Shown one piece after another: positions 41,234 through 50,801 of a stretch of DNA of 64,000 nt. The notes under the pieces were generated by a model. It saw nothing but the letters and a program-made list of their open reading frames with translations. It was not told where the DNA came from and did not search any database. The position numbers were made by a program, and so were the translations under genes. The number at the start of each line of letters is the position of its first letter. The first letter of the stretch is position 1. This DNA is from a virus. Location of the stretch: IMG/VR virus record IMGVR_UViG_3300047550_003635. The stretch is one strand, 5' to 3'.

Positions 41234-41329
41234 TTTTTAATCTCCTAAAATCAAATATATACATATTTATGTGAATTTATACTTTTGCATTTGACTAAAT
41301 AGTAAAATAATAACAAAATAGGTCAATAA

Positions 41330-41662
41330 ATGGCTGGATACGTCGAACTTACAATAGAACAGGGTGCTGATTTTTCAACATCGGTTACTGTTTATGATGC
41401 CACGGGTGCTGCACAAAATCTGACTTCATATACAGCAGCATCGCAACTTAGAAAGTCGTATTATTCATCAAGTGCAAATAATATGAGTGCTTCTATAAGC
41501 AGTCCCGCTAATGGTGTAATCACAATATCAATGACAGCAGCTAATACTGCAAATTTGACGCCAGGTAGAATGTTACATGATTTACTAATAACAAGTCCAG
41601 CCGGAATCAAAACAAGGGTTATTGAAGGTATTGCTGTGATAATGCCTTCAGTAACAAGATAA
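41330..41662 (+). CDS. virion structural adaptor protein
   Basis: L.IEQGADF, LT.YT..SQLRKSY, G.I.IS, RV.EG motifs; GACTAAATA late box upstream. Confidence 0.7.
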   Translation: MAGYVELTIEQGADFSTSVTVYDATGAAQNLTSYTAASQLRKSYYSSSANNMSASISSPANGVITISMTAANTANLTPGRMLHDLLITSPAGIKTRVIEGIAVIMPSVTR

Positions 41663-41911
41663 ATGCCAACAAAAGTAACAGTTACGACACCCAGTGCAAC
41701 AATAGTAAAATTACAGCCAGCAAACAGAACATATCCAGTTGTTTCTGGTTTAGCATCATCAAATGTTTCATTGGGTCAATTATCAGATGTTGATATATCT
41801 GGAATTACAAATAATCAAACAATTGTTTATAATGCGACAGCACATAAATTTTATGCTAATACAGTATTGACAGCGGATTACGTTTCAACTATAAACGGCG
41901 GAAGTTTCTAA
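41663..41911 (+). CDS. small tail-fibre-associated protein
   Basis: L.QLSDVD...NNQ.IVYN repeat; ends INGGSF. Confidence 0.65.
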   Translation: MPTKVTVTTPSATIVKLQPANRTYPVVSGLASSNVSLGQLSDVDISGITNNQTIVYNATAHKFYANTVLTADYVSTINGGSF

Positions 41912-41938
41912 AAAAACAATAATAAAAAGAGATAAAAA

Positions 41939-43585
41939 ATGGCTAATACAGTAATTCAATTAAAATGGTCTGAAGTAACCTCAACACCAGTAACATTAAA
42001 TGTTGCTGAACCTGCTTATTCAAATACTTCTGGTAAATTGTTCATTGGTCGCACAAATGGTGGACCAATTGCCGTCGGTGGTTCATACTATACTGCTTTG
42101 ATTGATGCTGCTACTGATGCAAATACTGCATCTGCAATCGTCAAAAGAGATGCCTCGGGTATTTTTTCGGCAACTGCTGTCAAAGCGAGTTTATATGGAA
42201 ATGCAAACACAGCATCAGCATGGGCAACAGCAAGAACTATAGGTGTTTCAGGTGATGCAAACGGAACTGTTTCTATTGATGGTTCAGCAAATGCAAATAT
42301 TCCATTAACACTCGGTAACTCTGGTGTTGTTGCAGGAACATATGGTGGCGCAACAAATGTTTCATCATTTACCGTTGACAGCAAAGGTAGAATCACTTCT
42401 GCTGCAAATGTCCCAGTTACAATTTCATCAACACTATCATTTGCCGGTGATACAGGTTCAGGTTCTCTTGCACTCGCAACAGATACGTTGACGATTAATG
42501 GTGGAGAAGGAATTGATACGACAGGATTTGACGCAAATAATACGCTTCGTATTGATGTTGACAATACTGTTATTCGTTCAACAGGTAATCAAACAATTAC
42601 TGGTAATGTTTCGATTGTTGGTAATCTAACAATTTCTGGAACATCATCACAGATTAATGTATCGTCATTAAATGTAACAGACCCAATGATTTATTTGGCT
42701 GGTAATAACTATACATCAGATATAGTTGATATCGGTTTTGCTGGTAATTATTATGATGGCGCAACACAAAGACACGCTGGTTGGATAAGAAAATATAATA
42801 CTGGCAATTTCTATGCTTTCTATAACTATACACCAGAACCAGATAATAACGTCATTGATATTACCGATGCAAGTTATAGAAAAGCAAATATTATTGCAAA
42901 CTTTACAGGTGGTAATGTTTCTGGTCTGCTTACTGCAATTGGAGTAAGTGATGGTGGTACAGGTGCAACAACATTTACGTCAGGACAAATTGTTGTTGGA
43001 AATGGAACAGGTGCATTACAATCAATTGCAAACGTAGGAACAGCAGGAACTTATGCGAATGCTGCATATGTTCCAGTTATTACAACAGATGCATATGGGC
43101 GTGTTTCAGGTATAACAAATACAGCAATTGCACTTGCAGCATCAGCAATTACAAGTGGAACATTACCAATTGCGCGTGGTGGTACCAATCAGACATCATT
43201 CACAACTGGTCAAAGAGTAATATTTGATGGAACAAGTCTTGCATCACTTGCAAATACAACGACAACTGTAACTGGTGGATTGTCAGTAGCAAACACAATA
43301 ACATCGTTGACCGTAAACAGTTATGGTGATATTACTGCATATACAGGTGCAGCTATCGCAATTGATACATCACAAATTACTTCTGGAACATTGGGTGTGA
43401 CAAGAGGTGGCACAGGTGCTGCAACATTTACAACAAATGGAATGATTTTTGGTAATGGAACTGGTGCATTACAAGTTACTGCTGCTGCTGGAACATCAGA
43501 CCAAACATGGTCAGCACAATTACTAACAGTAAATGGTTCAGGAACACCTGTTTGGACAACAACATTGAATGGCGGAACATTCTAA
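41939..43585 (+). CDS. tail fibre protein
   Basis: MANTVIQLKWS..P..L...E.AY N-terminal domain; GGTG and TD.YGR repeats; ends LNGGTF. Confidence 0.8.
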   Translation: MANTVIQLKWSEVTSTPVTLNVAEPAYSNTSGKLFIGRTNGGPIAVGGSYYTALIDAATDANTASAIVKRDASGIFSATAVKASLYGNANTASAWATARTIGVSGDANGTVSIDGSANANIPLTLGNSGVVAGTYGGATNVSSFTVDSKGRITSAANVPVTISSTLSFAGDTGSGSLALATDTLTINGGEGIDTTGFDANNTLRIDVDNTVIRSTGNQTITGNVSIVGNLTISGTSSQINVSSLNVTDPMIYLAGNNYTSDIVDIGFAGNYYDGATQRHAGWIRKYNTGNFYAFYNYTPEPDNNVIDITDASYRKANIIANFTGGNVSGLLTAIGVSDGGTGATTFTSGQIVVGNGTGALQSIANVGTAGTYANAAYVPVITTDAYGRVSGITNTAIALAASAITSGTLPIARGGTNQTSFTTGQRVIFDGTSLASLANTTTTVTGGLSVANTITSLTVNSYGDITAYTGAAIAIDTSQITSGTLGVTRGGTGAATFTTNGMIFGNGTGALQVTAAAGTSDQTWSAQLLTVNGSGTPVWTTTLNGGTF

Positions 43586-43604
43586 TTTATGAAAGGGTTT
43601 TATT

Positions 43605-44096
43605 ATGAACGATATCAATTTTATACAATCTTTTGGTGAGATTGCACAAGAAAATTTTATTAGTGTTGTAAAGCAAAATTTATTATTCCAAACACAGATA
43701 AAATTACTTGATGAACAGGTAAAAAAGATACCTGATTTATTGGAAAAGATTGATGATTTGGAAAAAGTAAAAGAAGAATTTCAAACCATTGTTGAAGAAA
43801 ATAATGATTTGAAAAATCAACTCAATAATAAAAATGATATTATTGAGAAAAGCAATAAAGAAGATGCAGAAAAACATAGAATGCAAACTGCTCTAAATAA
43901 TGAAATGAAAAAGAATAGTTTGAATATTGACCTTATTGATTCGCAAAAAATAATAATTGATAATCAGAAAGAATATATACAGCAGCTTGAGAATATGTTA
44001 CCAATTTCAAAAAGAAAAAAATTAGGTTTATCTGTTGATGTTCCAGAAAACAAAGACAATGTTCTTCTGATAAATCAAAACGGTGGAACATTCTAA
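43605..44096 (+). CDS. coiled-coil protein (fibre-associated)
   Basis: Heptad-rich; ends QNGGTF. Confidence 0.65.
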   Translation: MNDINFIQSFGEIAQENFISVVKQNLLFQTQIKLLDEQVKKIPDLLEKIDDLEKVKEEFQTIVEENNDLKNQLNNKNDIIEKSNKEDAEKHRMQTALNNEMKKNSLNIDLIDSQKIIIDNQKEYIQQLENMLPISKRKKLGLSVDVPENKDNVLLINQNGGTF

Positions 44097-44099
44097 TAA

Positions 44100-45773
44100 A
44101 TGGCAAATACAGTAATTGCTGTTCGTAGTTCAGGTTCAACAGGAAATACACCATCTCTTGGTGTAATCGCTAATGGTGAATTATCGCTTAACTATGCTGA
44201 TGGTATTTTATACTACAAATCATCATCAAATACATTAGGACAAATCAAAACAACACAAGTTTCTGGATTGAATCAACAAGTTCAATTCAATGACTCTGGT
44301 TCTTTTGGTGGTAATTCTAGTTTAACATTTGATAAATCTACAGGCACTCTTTCAACAAATTTACTTAGAGTTACTCAATCTTCTGGTGATGAAGGTGGTC
44401 AAATTGATTTGGCATTAGCCGCGGCAGCTAATACATCTCTAAATGGAACTGTCGCAATTGATATTTACCAAAATAAATTGAGATTTTTTGAAACAGGTGG
44501 AACAAATCGTGGTGCATACATTGATTTAACTGCTGCAAGCACTGGAGTAGGTAGTAATTTATTATCGGGTGGCGGTGGTGGTTCAGTCACATCTGTTGGT
44601 GGGCAAACTGGTGCAATATCAAACACACAGTTAGTTAGTTTCGTAACAACACCCACATTACCAACAACAGGTAATTTAATTGTATATAATGGAACATCTT
44701 TTACATCACTTGCAAATACTGGAATAGCAGGAACATATGCGAATGCTGCTTATGTTCCAGTAATTACTACGGATGCGTATGGTCGTGTTTCAGGTATAAC
44801 AAATACTGCAATTTCAATCCCAACAACTGCTGTTACTGGTGTATTTGGATTTAGTTCTGGCGGAACAAACGCAACTTCATACACAACTGGTGCATTACTC
44901 ACAAGTAACGGCACAGCAATTGTATCATTGGCAAATACTGGAACAGCAGGAACTTATGGTAATGCAACTTATGTTCCAGTAATTACAACAGATGCATATG
45001 GTCGTGTTACATCAATTGTCAATACTGCAATTTCTGCGAGTGGTTCTTCTGGAAATACATTTAACATTTATAATGTAAATACCCAAATATTTCAAGCAAC
45101 TGCAAATGGAGCACAAACAAGTTTTGAATTAGGATTTACTCCATTCGCATCAAATAATGTTATAGTTACTGCAAATGGTGTTGTTCAATATGATTATACT
45201 GTTGCAGGTTCAACATTAACTTTAAATTTTACTCCACCAAATAATACTCTAATAAGAGCGCAAGCGATAGGTATATCTTCACCTAATGTATTAACTCCTG
45301 TTTTTACAACAGGCAATTTAATAACATCGAATGGCAATACATTAATTTCATCAATTGTCAGTGAATCAAGTGGTAATATAGGAATTGGTATAAGTTTACC
45401 GAGTGTAAAATTAGATGTTGCAGGTAGTTTTAAAATAAGTGGTTCAATAAACGAGGTAATGAATACTGTAACTGCTACAGTTGGAACAACTACATTAGAT
45501 TTATCAACAAATAGCGTTTATAAAATTGTTATGGCAGCAAATACTACTCTCGCATTTAGTAATCCACCAGCATCTGGTATTGAGAGAAATTTTAAATTAT
45601 ATGCCAATACAAATAATGGCAGTAATACTATTACATGGCCTGCTGCGGTTAAGTGGCAATATGGTGCAGCACCAACACAAACTACAACTGCAAATAAAAC
45701 AGACATATATGCTTTTAGCACCAATGATGGTGGTACCACATATTTTGGTTATGTCTCAGGATTAAATTTTTAG
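44100..45773 (+). CDS. tail fibre protein
   Basis: MANTVIAVRSS..P......GEL.LN.ADG.LYYK N-terminal domain; VQFNDSGSFGG; shares the C-terminal domain of 36476-37477. Confidence 0.8.
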   Translation: MANTVIAVRSSGSTGNTPSLGVIANGELSLNYADGILYYKSSSNTLGQIKTTQVSGLNQQVQFNDSGSFGGNSSLTFDKSTGTLSTNLLRVTQSSGDEGGQIDLALAAAANTSLNGTVAIDIYQNKLRFFETGGTNRGAYIDLTAASTGVGSNLLSGGGGGSVTSVGGQTGAISNTQLVSFVTTPTLPTTGNLIVYNGTSFTSLANTGIAGTYANAAYVPVITTDAYGRVSGITNTAISIPTTAVTGVFGFSSGGTNATSYTTGALLTSNGTAIVSLANTGTAGTYGNATYVPVITTDAYGRVTSIVNTAISASGSSGNTFNIYNVNTQIFQATANGAQTSFELGFTPFASNNVIVTANGVVQYDYTVAGSTLTLNFTPPNNTLIRAQAIGISSPNVLTPVFTTGNLITSNGNTLISSIVSESSGNIGIGISLPSVKLDVAGSFKISGSINEVMNTVTATVGTTTLDLSTNSVYKIVMAANTTLAFSNPPASGIERNFKLYANTNNGSNTITWPAAVKWQYGAAPTQTTTANKTDIYAFSTNDGGTTYFGYVSGLNF

Positions 45774-45783
45774 ATAAGTAAAA

Positions 45784-46311
45784 ATGGCACAACAATTAAT
45801 AACATCAAATGAACTATATGCAACTGGCGTAACAGCAGGAACATATGCAAATGCTGCTTATGTTCCGATAATCACCATTGATACTGCTGGACGTGTTTCA
45901 TCTGTAACTAATACTGCAATAACTCTAACACAATTAAATGCAGATTTAAATGCAGCATCAAAAATTATATCATATCCTGTTTTTAAAGATTATGCATTAA
46001 AAATAAATGCTTTGGGAAATATAACAGGTGCAACAACAATCGATTTAACTTTAGGTAATTATATTACTGCTACTGTGACAGGAACAGTAACATGGACATT
46101 TAGTAATCCACCATCAGCAAATGCAGCAGGTTTTATTTTGAAACTTGTGAATGGTGGTTCACAGACACAAAATTGGCCAACTTCGGTAACAAAATGGCCA
46201 GGTGGTTCGGCACCTTCTTTAACAGCGTCAGGAACAGACATATTGGTTTTTATGACTGATGATACGGGTTCTACATGGCGTGGTGTTGCTTCGATGTTGG
46301 ATAGTAAATAA
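45784..46311 (+). CDS. tail fibre-associated protein
   Basis: GTYANAAYVP repeat; IDL..GNY, FSNPP, WP..V.WPGG.APSLT...D.L.F domain. Confidence 0.7.
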   Translation: MAQQLITSNELYATGVTAGTYANAAYVPIITIDTAGRVSSVTNTAITLTQLNADLNAASKIISYPVFKDYALKINALGNITGATTIDLTLGNYITATVTGTVTWTFSNPPSANAAGFILKLVNGGSQTQNWPTSVTKWPGGSAPSLTASGTDILVFMTDDTGSTWRGVASMLDSK

Positions 46312-46320
46312 GGAACAAAT

Positions 46321-46818
46321 ATGGCAGAATATTGTTATATTGAAAATAATGAAATTAAAGAATATCATAGTGATTTACCATCTTCATGGAGAAACATTAG
46401 TGGGTTAAATCTATCAAAGTCTAATACAGATTTTTTACTATCTATTGGTTGGTATCCTGTTGAAAAACAAAATGTTTCTTACGATGATAAAACACACAAA
46501 TTGGCAGGATATAATTATACAATACAATCAGATAAAGTTATTGAAATTCCTATAATAGAATCGCTTTCTCCACAAGAAATTTCAGATAGAATTGCAACCG
46601 AACAATTCAATTTTTATCAAACTTTGAGAGATGTTAGAAATAATCTATTGAAAGATTCTGATTGGACCCAATGTGCAGATATCCAATCAAAAAATTCTAT
46701 CGAATGGATTGATGCTTGGAAAAATTATAGACAACAATTGAGAGATTTGCCAGAATCTTATGTTGAAATTGATAATTATGACATTAACACAATTCGTTGG
46801 CCAATAAAACCAAATTGA
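46321..46818 (+). CDS. tail fibre assembly chaperone
   Basis: R..RN.LL..SDWTQ..D, W..YRQ.LRDLP, WP..P. Confidence 0.85.
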   Translation: MAEYCYIENNEIKEYHSDLPSSWRNISGLNLSKSNTDFLLSIGWYPVEKQNVSYDDKTHKLAGYNYTIQSDKVIEIPIIESLSPQEISDRIATEQFNFYQTLRDVRNNLLKDSDWTQCADIQSKNSIEWIDAWKNYRQQLRDLPESYVEIDNYDINTIRWPIKPN

Positions 46819-46824
46819 TTAATT

Positions 46825-48942
46825 ATGTTGGCTGAAGCGTTATTAACTATAAATCCCGCATCAGGTCAATTATTGTATGCATGGGGAAATGATACAGCTG
46901 GACAATTGGGTGATAATTACTCAAATTTTGGTCCACAAGTTGTTGGCGGTTCAAGAGCGCCAGGAATTTCTTCCGTCATTCAAAGTTGGTCAATTGTTTC
47001 GACAGGAGGTTCTCATACAGTAGCAATTCGCTCGGATGGTTTATTATTTGCATGGGGTTTAGGAACAGCAGGACAATTAGGCGATGGAACAACAACAAAC
47101 AAGTCAAGTCCTGTTCAAATAGGTTCTAGTTCTTGGACTGCTGTGTTTGCTGGTGTTGCACACACAATAGCAATTAGGTCAGGTGGAACATTATTTACAT
47201 GGGGTTTAGGAACATCAGGACAATTAGGCGATGGAACAACAACAAACAAGTCAAGTCCTGTTCAAATAGGTTCAAGTTCTTGGACTGCTGTTTCTGCTGG
47301 TAATGCACACACAGCAGCAATCAGGTCTGGTGGAACATTATTTACATGGGGTTATAATGCTAATGGTCGTTTGGGTGATGGAACTACTGTGTCGAAGTCA
47401 AGCCCTGTTCAAATAGGTTCCAGTTCTTGGACTGCTGTATCTGCTGGTATCACGCACACAGTAGCAATCAGGTCAGGTGGAACATTATTTACATGGGGTT
47501 ATAATGCTAATGGTCAATTAGGAGATGGAACTATTTTAGCAAAATCAAGTCCTGTTCAAATAGGTTCAAGTTCTTGGACTGCTGTTTCTGCTGGTGGTGC
47601 ACACACAGCAGCAATCAGGTCTGATGGAGCATTGTTTACATGGGGTCAAGGAGCATCAGGCCAATTAGGTAATGGAAATTCAAGTTTCAATTCACCTGTT
47701 CAAATAGGTTCCAGTTCTTGGACTGCTGTTTCTGCTGGATTATTAAATACAACTTGTATTAGGTCAGATAATACTCTTTGGTCATTTGGTCAAGGTAGCT
47801 TTGGTAGAAATGGTGATATGACTACAATTAATAGGGCATCACCTGTTCAAATAGGAACAACAACAACTTGGAATAAATTATCTATTAGTGGTGGAAATCA
47901 TTCTTTAGCTATCGACACAAATTCAATTCTCTATGCTTGGGGTTTGAATAATGTAGGACAATTAGGTTTTCAAGATAATTTAAGTTCACCGGTTCAAATA
48001 GGAATAAAAAAATGGACTGCTGTTTCTGCTGGTGGTTCACACACAGCAGCAATTAGGTCTGATGGTTTATTATTTGGTTGGGGTAATAATAATAATGGAC
48101 AATTAGGTGATGGAACTCAAATATTTAAATCATCACCTGTTCAAATAGGTTCAAGTTCTTGGACTGCTGTTTCTGTTGGTACCACGCATACAGTAGCAAT
48201 CAGGTCTGGTGGAACACTGTTTGCTTGGGGTTTGAATAACGCAGGTCAATTAGGTGATGGAACTGCTGTATCAAAATCAAGTCCTGTTCAAATAGGCTCC
48301 AGTTCTTGGACTGCTGTTTCTGCTGGTAGTGCACACACAGCAGCAATCAGGTCTGGTGGAACATTATTTACTTGGGGACAAGGAAATGCTGGTCGTTTGG
48401 GTGATGGAACTGCTGTGTCGAAGTCGAGTCCTGTCCAAATAGGTTCAAGTTCTTGGACTGCTGTTTCTGCTGGTGGTTCACACACAGCAGCAATTAGGTC
48501 TGATGGAACATTATTTACATGGGGATATGGAACATATGGAATATTAGGTGATGGAACTCTTGTGACAAAATCAAGTCCTGTTCAAATAGGTTCAAGTTCT
48601 TGGACTGCTGTTTCTGCTGGTAATTTACATACAGCAGCAATCAGGTCTGGTGGAACATTATTTACATGGGGTTTGAATATTAATGGTCAATTAGGTGATG
48701 GAACTGCTGTATCAAAATCAAGTCCTGTTCAAATAGGCTCCAGTTCTTGGACTGCTGTTGCTGCTGGTGCACACACAGCAGCAATTCGTTCAGATAATTT
48801 ATTATTTACATGGTCATTAGGAACATCAGGTCAATTAGGTGATGGAACTGTTGTTACAAAATCATCTCCTGTTCAAATAGGTTCAAGTTCTTGGACCATA
48901 ATATCTACTGGACTAAATCACACAGCAGCAATATCGAAATAA
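46825..48942 (+). CDS. RCC1/BLIP-II-like beta-propeller repeat protein (probable receptor-binding protein)
   Basis: 13 SPVQIG-containing 49-aa repeats (H..AIRS.G.LF.WG....GQLGDG). Confidence 0.9.
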   Translation: MLAEALLTINPASGQLLYAWGNDTAGQLGDNYSNFGPQVVGGSRAPGISSVIQSWSIVSTGGSHTVAIRSDGLLFAWGLGTAGQLGDGTTTNKSSPVQIGSSSWTAVFAGVAHTIAIRSGGTLFTWGLGTSGQLGDGTTTNKSSPVQIGSSSWTAVSAGNAHTAAIRSGGTLFTWGYNANGRLGDGTTVSKSSPVQIGSSSWTAVSAGITHTVAIRSGGTLFTWGYNANGQLGDGTILAKSSPVQIGSSSWTAVSAGGAHTAAIRSDGALFTWGQGASGQLGNGNSSFNSPVQIGSSSWTAVSAGLLNTTCIRSDNTLWSFGQGSFGRNGDMTTINRASPVQIGTTTTWNKLSISGGNHSLAIDTNSILYAWGLNNVGQLGFQDNLSSPVQIGIKKWTAVSAGGSHTAAIRSDGLLFGWGNNNNGQLGDGTQIFKSSPVQIGSSSWTAVSVGTTHTVAIRSGGTLFAWGLNNAGQLGDGTAVSKSSPVQIGSSSWTAVSAGSAHTAAIRSGGTLFTWGQGNAGRLGDGTAVSKSSPVQIGSSSWTAVSAGGSHTAAIRSDGTLFTWGYGTYGILGDGTLVTKSSPVQIGSSSWTAVSAGNLHTAAIRSGGTLFTWGLNINGQLGDGTAVSKSSPVQIGSSSWTAVAAGAHTAAIRSDNLLFTWSLGTSGQLGDGTVVTKSSPVQIGSSSWTIISTGLNHTAAISK
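46990..48935 (+). repeat. intragenic tandem repeat, approx. 147-bp unit
   Basis: GGTTC(T/A/C)AGTTCTTGGACTGCTG recurs at 47122, 47269, 47416, 47563 and beyond. Confidence 0.9.
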
Positions 48943-48968
48943 ATAAATAAAATTATTATGGATTTTTT

Positions 48969-50003
48969 ATGCATAAAATTGACCAACAACTTGATTTAAT
49001 GATTCGTGGTAGATTCGAAGAAGGATGGAATCTCAGTCAGCAGATGGAACAAGAACATCCTGATGATTTGAGACATAAATTTAATCGTGCATGGTTTCTA
49101 ATCAATCAGGGCGATTTACAAACAGGATTTCAATTTTTAGAAGCAGGTAGATTTCTAAAAGTTTATGGTTCGCCTAAAATTCCTACAAATAAACCCATCT
49201 GGAATCAAACAGATGATTTAACAAACAAAATAGTAATATTAAATATGGAATGTGGTTTTGGTGACCAGATAATATCAGCAAGATTCGCTACTGAAGTTGC
49301 TAAGAGAGGCGGCAAAGCAATTCTGTGTTGTGAAGCTAGTTTACATCCTATTTTTTCAAGAATACCTGGAGTTCATCAATGTATTCAATTAAAAGATGTT
49401 CAATCAACAAAACATGATTATTGGATTCCTGGATTCAGTTGCAGTTGGATTTTTGGACACACATTTGATAATTTACCTAATTCTCCATACATATCAGCAA
49501 ATCCATTAAGTGTCGATGTTTGGAAAAATATAATTAAAAGTGATAAAATAAAAGTTGGTATTCGTTGGTCTGGTAGCCCATTATTTGAACATCAACAGTT
49601 TAGAATTTTTCCACCAGAACCGTTAATTGATTTGCATAAATATAAAGAAGTTCAATTTTATAGTTTACAGAGAGATACAGACACAAGAGAATTACCCAAT
49701 GAAATAATTGATTTGCAACATCTAATTATTTCATGGGAAGATACTGCTGCTGCAATTCATAATATGGATTTAGTGATTACATCATGCACAAGTATAGCAC
49801 ATTTATCTTCAGCGATGGGTAAACCAACATGGGTAATTGTTCCATTATTACCATATCATATTTGGGCTTATGGTGATAGACATTCTCCATGGTATCAAAA
49901 AACAACAAAAGTTTTTCGTCAAAAAGAATTTGGTAATTGGAATGCAACATTTGAATTATTAGAAAAAGAATTTGTCGAACATTTTAATTTGAAAAAGGAA
50001 TAA
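48969..50003 (+). CDS. TPR + glycosyltransferase (GT9/heptosyltransferase-like, GT-B)
   Basis: ECGFGDQI, VGIRWSG, YSLQ, WEDTAAAI..MDLVIT..TS.AHL..AMGKPTW. Confidence 0.85.
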   Translation: MHKIDQQLDLMIRGRFEEGWNLSQQMEQEHPDDLRHKFNRAWFLINQGDLQTGFQFLEAGRFLKVYGSPKIPTNKPIWNQTDDLTNKIVILNMECGFGDQIISARFATEVAKRGGKAILCCEASLHPIFSRIPGVHQCIQLKDVQSTKHDYWIPGFSCSWIFGHTFDNLPNSPYISANPLSVDVWKNIIKSDKIKVGIRWSGSPLFEHQQFRIFPPEPLIDLHKYKEVQFYSLQRDTDTRELPNEIIDLQHLIISWEDTAAAIHNMDLVITSCTSIAHLSSAMGKPTWVIVPLLPYHIWAYGDRHSPWYQKTTKVFRQKEFGNWNATFELLEKEFVEHFNLKKE

Positions 50004-50006
50004 TTT

Positions 50007-50801
50007 ATGAGTGAATTATATTATGTTGCTGGACTCCCAAGGTCTGGTGCAACAATGATGATTAATATATTAAAACAAAATCCACAAATTCATGGCGAAG
50101 CAGTAAGTTCATTGAGTTCTATTTTTAGTTCTGTTTTTTTTAATTGGGACAAAATAGAATTTAGTATTGAATATAATAATGAAAAAGCCAAGATAAATGT
50201 TCTCAAAAGTATTTTAAATAGTTATCACTCACATCACCAAAAACAATTTATTTTTGATAAAGATAGAATGTGGATAACAAGAATTGGTATTCTAGAAGCA
50301 CTATTTGAGAAGAAAGTCAAGATTTTATGCCCGGTAAGAAATCCAGCAGAGATACTCGCATCATTTGAAAAGATAAGAAAAAATAATCCTCTGCAATTAA
50401 CGATGACGGATGAGATATTGGCAGAATCATCATCCATCGCATCTAGAGCATTTCATTACGCTGGTCCAAATGGTGCTTTAGGATTAGCACATGCAGGAAC
50501 ACGTGATGCTGTTACGATGGGATATTTGGACAGATTGTTGTTTATTGACTATAATAGATTTTGTAATAGTCCAAAAAGTCAGTTAAAACGAATATATGAT
50601 TTTTTTGAATTACCTTCTTTTGAGCATGATTTACAAAACATTGAGCAAACAGAAATTTACAATGATTTAGCATCAAAACTTCCTAATTTACATAAAATAA
50701 AACCTAAACTTGACAAAACAACTGTAAATTGTGTTGAATATTTGGGATTAGATTTATATCAACAATACAATCGTGAAATATTTTGGGATGCTTGGATATA
50801 A
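50007..50801 (+). CDS. sulfotransferase
   Basis: GLPRSGAT 5'-PSB loop, DK.R.W, VRNP.E.LAS 3'-PB motif. Confidence 0.88.
   Translation: MSELYYVAGLPRSGATMMINILKQNPQIHGEAVSSLSSIFSSVFFNWDKIEFSIEYNNEKAKINVLKSILNSYHSHHQKQFIFDKDRMWITRIGILEALFEKKVKILCPVRNPAEILASFEKIRKNNPLQLTMTDEILAESSSIASRAFHYAGPNGALGLAHAGTRDAVTMGYLDRLLFIDYNRFCNSPKSQLKRIYDFFELPSFEHDLQNIEQTEIYNDLASKLPNLHKIKPKLDKTTVNCVEYLGLDLYQQYNREIFWDAWI

Noticed and set aside
46990-48935. Regular repeats with variable intervals resembling a CRISPR array or DGR
   Set aside because: In-frame 147-bp coding repeats of an RCC1 protein; no cas genes, reverse transcriptase or adenine-specific template pair seen.
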